Source: Bacillota bacterium (GTDB lineage: Bacteria > Bacillota > JAAYKD01). From it: 64,000 nt of DNA. The notes under the pieces were generated by a model. It worked only from the letters and a program-made list of their open reading frames with translations. It was not told the DNA's origin and ran no database searches. Below, piece by piece: positions 59,271 to 64,000 of this stretch. Both the position numbers and the translations under genes were made by a program. The stretch is from NCBI GenBank assembly GCA_963666425.2, contig OY762825.2:1696001-1760000 (forward strand), written 5' to 3'. Position 1 is the first letter of the stretch. Every line of letters begins with the position of its first letter.

Positions 59271-60703
59271 TCGCCAACACCTACCTTTACTTTGCGAAAG
59301 CGTGCCGGTGCGGCACCGTGTCCGACATTGATAACTTGGATGGGTTCACCTTTGGCACAGCCCGGCATACCCCAAACACGCCACTCGTCATCACCTTTAC
59401 CGGCAACCGCATCGCAGGAGCCCCAAAATTCGGGAGTCAGTGCGGTGTAAGCCGGATTTTTCAGCAGGCGGCCGATCTCGCCATCGACAATTTCATAAGC
59501 CATTTCGGAACCGAAGTGAAAGTTCATGCGCTTATCATCCAAAGACCAGCTCTTGGGTTCAAAAACAAAAACACCTTTTTTGGTGTCCCGGATGATTTCG
59601 TCTGTCGTCCAATCGCCCGGTTCCAGGTTGATATTGGTCATCCGAACCAGCGGCAGATTCATCCAACCAACCGCCCGCATGGTGCCGTTGGAAGTCAGGC
59701 CAAAGTTGCCGGCGGTTTCCCGTGAAGTGAGGTAGTTGGTAAAAATGCCATGATCGATAATTGGGGTGCGCTGAGCCGGCACGCCTTCGTCGTCATAAAA
59801 GAAGGAGCCCATGGCATCTGGAATGGTGGCATCCGCTACAATATTGACTGCGTCTGAACCATAGCGGAAGTGTTTGCCATACAAATCGGGAGTCAGAAAG
59901 CTAGTACCGGCATAGGTCGATTCGCTGCCCAGCACACGGTCGAGTTCCACGGGGTGACCGCAGGATTCGTGCACCTGCAGGGCGGCCATCGCACCATTCA
60001 TGATCAGATCGGTGCAGCCCTTGGGACAAACCTCCGCCTTCAGCAAAGCAGAGGCATCGGCGGCAAGCTGCGCGGCTGTCTCGACCAAATGCATGGCTTC
60101 CACTGCTTCAAAACCGGCATTCTTGTAGTCCGACCAGGAGCGGCGCTGCATGTCATGATTGCCGCGGGCGTAGGCTTCGATGCCGGCGCCGCATTGGGTA
60201 ATCTCTTGTTCAATCCAGGCGCCTTCCGTACTGGCGAAAATCTGTTGATTGCGGCTGGTCAGGATATGGCCGGTCGTTACAGCGATCTCCGGTAGCTGGA
60301 TCATCGCCGCATGACAATCCTGCAGCAGCGCGGTCATTTCATCCAAAGGAACCTGGAAGGGATCCTTTTCTACCTTAACGGCAAACTTGCCGTCTGCCGG
60401 CTCAAGCGGGGTAAGGGAAATATCCTTTAACTTGCTGCTGGCGCTGGCTTTGGCGATGGCGATGGCCTGCCTGACGGTGTTTTCCCAGTCCTGCATCTCC
60501 AGAGAGGGAGTGGAAGCAAAGCCCCAGCCGCCATCTACAATCACCCGGATACCGATGCCCTGATCGCTGCTGCTGGTCAGGCTTTGCACCATACCGTTGC
60601 GCAAAATCAGCGGTTGGCTTTGCCGTTCACCTAAGCGCAGATCGGCATAGGAGGCACCGCTGCGGCTGGCCAGAGCCAGCAATTCCTGAAGTTGATCTCT
60701 CAT
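59267..60703 (-). CDS. tldD: TldD metalloprotease
   Basis: HESCGH, YDDEG, RMTNI, GCAKGEP. Confidence 0.9.
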   Translation of the reverse strand: MRDQLQELLALASRSGASYADLRLGERQSQPLILRNGMVQSLTSSSDQGIGIRVIVDGGWGFASTPSLEMQDWENTVRQAIAIAKASASSKLKDISLTPLEPADGKFAVKVEKDPFQVPLDEMTALLQDCHAAMIQLPEIAVTTGHILTSRNQQIFASTEGAWIEQEITQCGAGIEAYARGNHDMQRRSWSDYKNAGFEAVEAMHLVETAAQLAADASALLKAEVCPKGCTDLIMNGAMAALQVHESCGHPVELDRVLGSESTYAGTSFLTPDLYGKHFRYGSDAVNIVADATIPDAMGSFFYDDEGVPAQRTPIIDHGIFTNYLTSRETAGNFGLTSNGTMRAVGWMNLPLVRMTNINLEPGDWTTDEIIRDTKKGVFVFEPKSWSLDDKRMNFHFGSEMAYEIVDGEIGRLLKNPAYTALTPEFWGSCDAVAGKGDDEWRVWGMPGCAKGEPIQVINVGHGAAPARFRKVKVGVGE

Positions 60704-61392
60704 TTTTCTTTTCCTTTCGCGGCCGGATATTCAGTACAGAGTAAACGTAAGGGCGCTTCATCCTCCTCAATGGTGGGAAAACGTCCGACCGGCTCGTAGA
60801 AATGATTGTCTGTGGTATCATCATTACACTGCGAAACCTCGCCGATCAGAACCGGTCCGTACCCTTTTTCCGCCCAAAAGGCGTGATAAACCCGCGGCAG
60901 CAGGGTAATGCTTTCTCCCGGCGCCAAGCGGACAATGCCGCCAGCCGGGATGGAATAGTGTCTGCCGTCCTGCTGCAGCAAAACCGGTGTATCCAGTAAA
61001 TCATCCTGCTCGCCGGCTTGATAAAGCTGCATCATTAAAAAGCCGCCGCCCCGGTTGATAATATCCTCCATTTTAAACCAATGAAAATGCAGGGGACAGA
61101 CTTGGTTCTCTTCGCTGATCAGTATTTTTTCGGCATAAGGTTTTTGATACTGTTCAAGATGGCGATTGCCGTTGCGGATGGTTACCAGGGTCAAACCAAT
61201 TTCGCTGAACCTTCCCAACCCATAATCGGTAATATCCCAGCCCAGCATATTATCGCGCACCTCATCATATTCGGCGCCTTTGTTCAGCCACTCGGCCGGT
61301 GTAAAGGCGGCGAAGGGAGGCAGAGCAAAATTATACTGCCGGCAGAGATCCAAAGCCCGACGGATCTGATAGTTGATTTCGGAACGCTGCAT
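60700..61392 (-). CDS. D-lyxose/D-mannose family sugar isomerase
   Basis: MQRSEIN, GWDITDYG, YAEK, PLHFH..KMED, GEVS..NDD; AAGGAG RBS. Confidence 0.88.
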   Translation of the reverse strand: MQRSEINYQIRRALDLCRQYNFALPPFAAFTPAEWLNKGAEYDEVRDNMLGWDITDYGLGRFSEIGLTLVTIRNGNRHLEQYQKPYAEKILISEENQVCPLHFHWFKMEDIINRGGGFLMMQLYQAGEQDDLLDTPVLLQQDGRHYSIPAGGIVRLAPGESITLLPRVYHAFWAEKGYGPVLIGEVSQCNDDTTDNHFYEPVGRFPTIEEDEAPLRLLCTEYPAAKGKEK

Positions 61393-61439
61393 ACAATCAA
61401 ACTCCTTTATTATGAAATCATCAGACAAATCCCGTAAAG

Positions 61440-62411
61440 CTAGAACAGCTGGTCAGGGAAAATCAATTTTGCTGTCTGGGTGCGGCAAGCTTCGATCTCT
61501 GCCAGGGTTGGCATGGCGGACATGCTGCCTTTTTTGCCGGCACAGAGGGCTCCGGCACAATTGGCATAATCCGCAATCTCAGCAATCCGGCTGAGCGGGA
61601 TCTCCGCCAACGGTTTCTTTTCATCCAACAATAAACTTAAGGCGCAGCCGAAGAAAGCATCCCCGCAGCCGGTGGTATCGATGATGCAGGTATCATAAGT
61701 TGGCAAATAACCAAAGCCAGCGGCAGTCCGATAGACGCAGCCGCGCGCGCCCAACGTCACAAAAACAAGTTCAGGACCTTGGCTAAGAATTGCCGCGCTG
61801 CCTTGGGTCAGGTCGTTCGTGCCGGTGAGGAATTCAAGCTCTTCCCAGCTGAGCTTGACAATATTCGCCAATTGCAAACCGCTCTTCAGTTGCTCAGCAG
61901 CCTCTTCCAGATTAGGCCAGAGCGACGGCCTAAAATTCGGATCGTATGAGACGGGAATCGCCATACAGCGGGCAAATTGAACCGCTGCCAAGGTAGCGTC
62001 CCGTGCCGGCTGATGCGTGAGCGAAACAGAGCCGAAATGCAGCAAACGGGCCAGACCGATGCGTTGGTAATCCAATCGATCGGCAGTCAGTAAGGTATCA
62101 GCACCGGGATTGCGGATAAAAGAGAAAGAACGGTTACCGTCTTCTGCCAAGTGAATGAAAGCCAAAGTGGTGGGGGATTCCTCTGTACGCTGCAAACCGC
62201 TTGTATCAACCGCATAACTCTTCAGATCTGCTTCCAGCAGATCTCCGAAAAAATCCGCGCCAACCATACCAAGGAAGGCTGTTTTTTTACCGAGCCGCTC
62301 GGCAGCGACCAGCAGATTGGCCGGCGCACCGCCCGGATTGGCGCGATAACTGCGATCTCCCAGCGGCGTAAAGTCGATCAATAATTCACCTATGGCCGTT
62401 ATATCAAACAA
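61440..62411 (-). CDS. PfkB carbohydrate kinase (fructokinase-like)
   Basis: GELLIDF, GGAPAN, YDPNFR, DTTGCGDAF. Confidence 0.9.
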   Translation of the reverse strand: MFDITAIGELLIDFTPLGDRSYRANPGGAPANLLVAAERLGKKTAFLGMVGADFFGDLLEADLKSYAVDTSGLQRTEESPTTLAFIHLAEDGNRSFSFIRNPGADTLLTADRLDYQRIGLARLLHFGSVSLTHQPARDATLAAVQFARCMAIPVSYDPNFRPSLWPNLEEAAEQLKSGLQLANIVKLSWEELEFLTGTNDLTQGSAAILSQGPELVFVTLGARGCVYRTAAGFGYLPTYDTCIIDTTGCGDAFFGCALSLLLDEKKPLAEIPLSRIAEIADYANCAGALCAGKKGSMSAMPTLAEIEACRTQTAKLIFPDQLF

Positions 62412-62772
62412 AACATCACCTCATCCATCTCATTGTATTCGTTGATCATTGCATTCGAGAAGGCGGCAGGTTTTTCCTTTTGAGGAATTTGCATGCCGCT
62501 GCGGATTTGTTCCGCTTATTCTTTTTAACTGTTGCATGGCAGTAAAATATTCTATGGAAAATCGTCCTATTTTGTCTGAATGATCGTCTTTTATAAATTA
62601 CTTCTAGGCAATCAAGGCGGCTAAGCCGCTTATGGATAGTTTTGCATAATCAGTACAAGGATTGCGAGCCATTGACGGCGAATTTAAAGAATAGTTCGAG
62701 TGGATGAAACTCGCGTTTGTTTCATTGAGATTATTGCCGGTACCCGTGTCTTTGGGGTAGAAAGGATTGTCT

Positions 62773-63438
62773 ATGAGCGATTACGGTAGGTTGTCCAGGG
62801 TGGTGCGTCAAATTGTCCGCGCTCTTATTCCAACTTACAGGGTAAAAAGCGATTTTGATGTCCCGTCACCGGCAGTATTTTTATGTCGTCATAATAACTT
62901 GTTGGGACCGCAGACTGTGATCGCCTGGTACCCTAACTATCTGCGCACCTGGGTGCTGCACGTGTTTATGGAAAAAGAAGCTTGTTATCGACAATATGTC
63001 GACTTTACTTTTACCAAGCGTTTTGGTTGGCCAAAGTGGGTCGCGCAGTCTGTAGCTAGAGTTGTCAGCCCCTTTGTCGTGAATTTGATGGCTTCTTTGG
63101 GAGCGATTCCGGTTTATCGCGATTCGATGAAGTCGATCCGAACCATTAAAGAAACATTGAAAGCGCTGATTGCCGGTGATACCGTACTGATTTTCCCGGA
63201 TGTTGATTATACAGCGACGCATGCCGAAGTGCGAAAGGTGTATGAAGGTTTTCTTTATCTGGAACGTTATTATTATAACAAGACAGGCAAACATTTACCC
63301 TTTGTACCGCTGCGCCTGGATCAGGAACATCAGGAAATTGTGGTAGAAGAAGCGGTATGTTTTGCCGATGGTATTGATTTTTTCGATCAGAAAGAATCAA
63401 TCCTGGATAAGATCCAGGCAAGAATCAGCGGTGGATAG
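62773..63438 (+). CDS. lysophospholipid/glycerol acyltransferase family protein
   Basis: RHNNLLGP (variant HxxxxD), AIPVYR, LIFPD. Confidence 0.7.
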   Translation: MSDYGRLSRVVRQIVRALIPTYRVKSDFDVPSPAVFLCRHNNLLGPQTVIAWYPNYLRTWVLHVFMEKEACYRQYVDFTFTKRFGWPKWVAQSVARVVSPFVVNLMASLGAIPVYRDSMKSIRTIKETLKALIAGDTVLIFPDVDYTATHAEVRKVYEGFLYLERYYYNKTGKHLPFVPLRLDQEHQEIVVEEAVCFADGIDFFDQKESILDKIQARISGG

Positions 63439-63477
63439 TGAGACATGAACCGATTTCCATAACAGAGAATGTATTTG

Positions 63478-63523
63478 AAGGTGTCTGATGCGTTGCGTGA
63501 AGCAACGCATCAGACACCTTTTT
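63478..63523 (+). terminator. Rho-independent terminator
   Basis: aaggtgtctgatgcgttgc...gcaacgcatcagacacctt plus T-tract. Confidence 0.8.
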
Positions 63524-64000
63524 GCATTCCGGATTTATTCCACGGCATTTGATGCTTTTTGTCGGATAATTGATGTTGATAAAAAACAAAATGAAAGTGA
63601 GAAATGAAATTCAATCTATATTTCGATAGATTAAATATTTAATGTGTCGAAATATTAGTGAATGCAAGATTATGAGATATCGGATAGTATCAATTATGGA
63701 TTAATATGGGAAATTATGACGAATAAAAAAATAAATAATTAAGTAAATAATATAGAAGGGATAGAAAATGAAGTTACAGAATAGAAAATTATATGGTTTA
63801 TGTATATATACCATTATATGTAATCCGTGTACTCTTGGTGAGCAATGTTGGAAATTCCTTATTATTACATGTAAATATCGTTCGGACAATTGCTCAATTC
63901 TCTTTGGAAGGAGGAGTGACTGAAAAAAGAACCCTATCAATCGATTTATGCCGGAAGGAAGTGAGGATATTCGGAAGAGTTTGCCGTTGATGAAACGACA

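Overview
Chromosomal segment from an anaerobic Bacillota (Firmicutes)-type bacterium, judged from gene content and AGGAGG/TTGACA-TATAAT signals; the taxon is an inference. No rRNA, tRNA, CRISPR array, integrase or transposase was recognised. In order: (1) the 3' part of a two-gene PlsA/PlsR-like plasmalogen synthase (acyl-CoA dehydratase activase family); (2) a ~9.9 kb accessory island bounded by a degenerate duplication of the plsR 3' end with a 19-bp identical core. It carries two AAA_14/DUF4143 ATPase-nuclease paralogues, both with 33-bp-periodic upstream DNA and one with an amber codon in its Walker A, plus a duplicated NUDIX gene and several hydrolases; (3) a TetR/MDR oxidoreductase unit, a SauUSI-like PLD-helicase-DUF3427 nuclease and a ZIP transporter; (4) an Orange-protein-like NifX/MinD-ferredoxin/Mrp operon; (5) nrdG-nrdD, with a redoxin domain fused to NrdD; (6) GNAT, ceramidase-like, MFS, MerR, TetR, MMPL and Pip-like genes; (7) a 14-kb, 13-gene minus-strand cluster: Mo-hydroxylase, FAD/Fe-S protein, a tetraether-synthase-like radical SAM enzyme (TrsS family), methyltransferase, CoA ligase, PpnP, C-GCAxxG-C-C protein, MocA-ModE fusion, NTPase and a FecCD-type importer; (8) small accessory genes, a pfkB-lyxose isomerase-tldD-tldE operon and an acyltransferase. 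The best candidates for uncharacterised biology are the Mo-hydroxylase/TrsS cluster and the integrase-less island at plsR with its repeat-led DUF4143 ATPases. All family calls come from motif recognition by eye; no database search was run.
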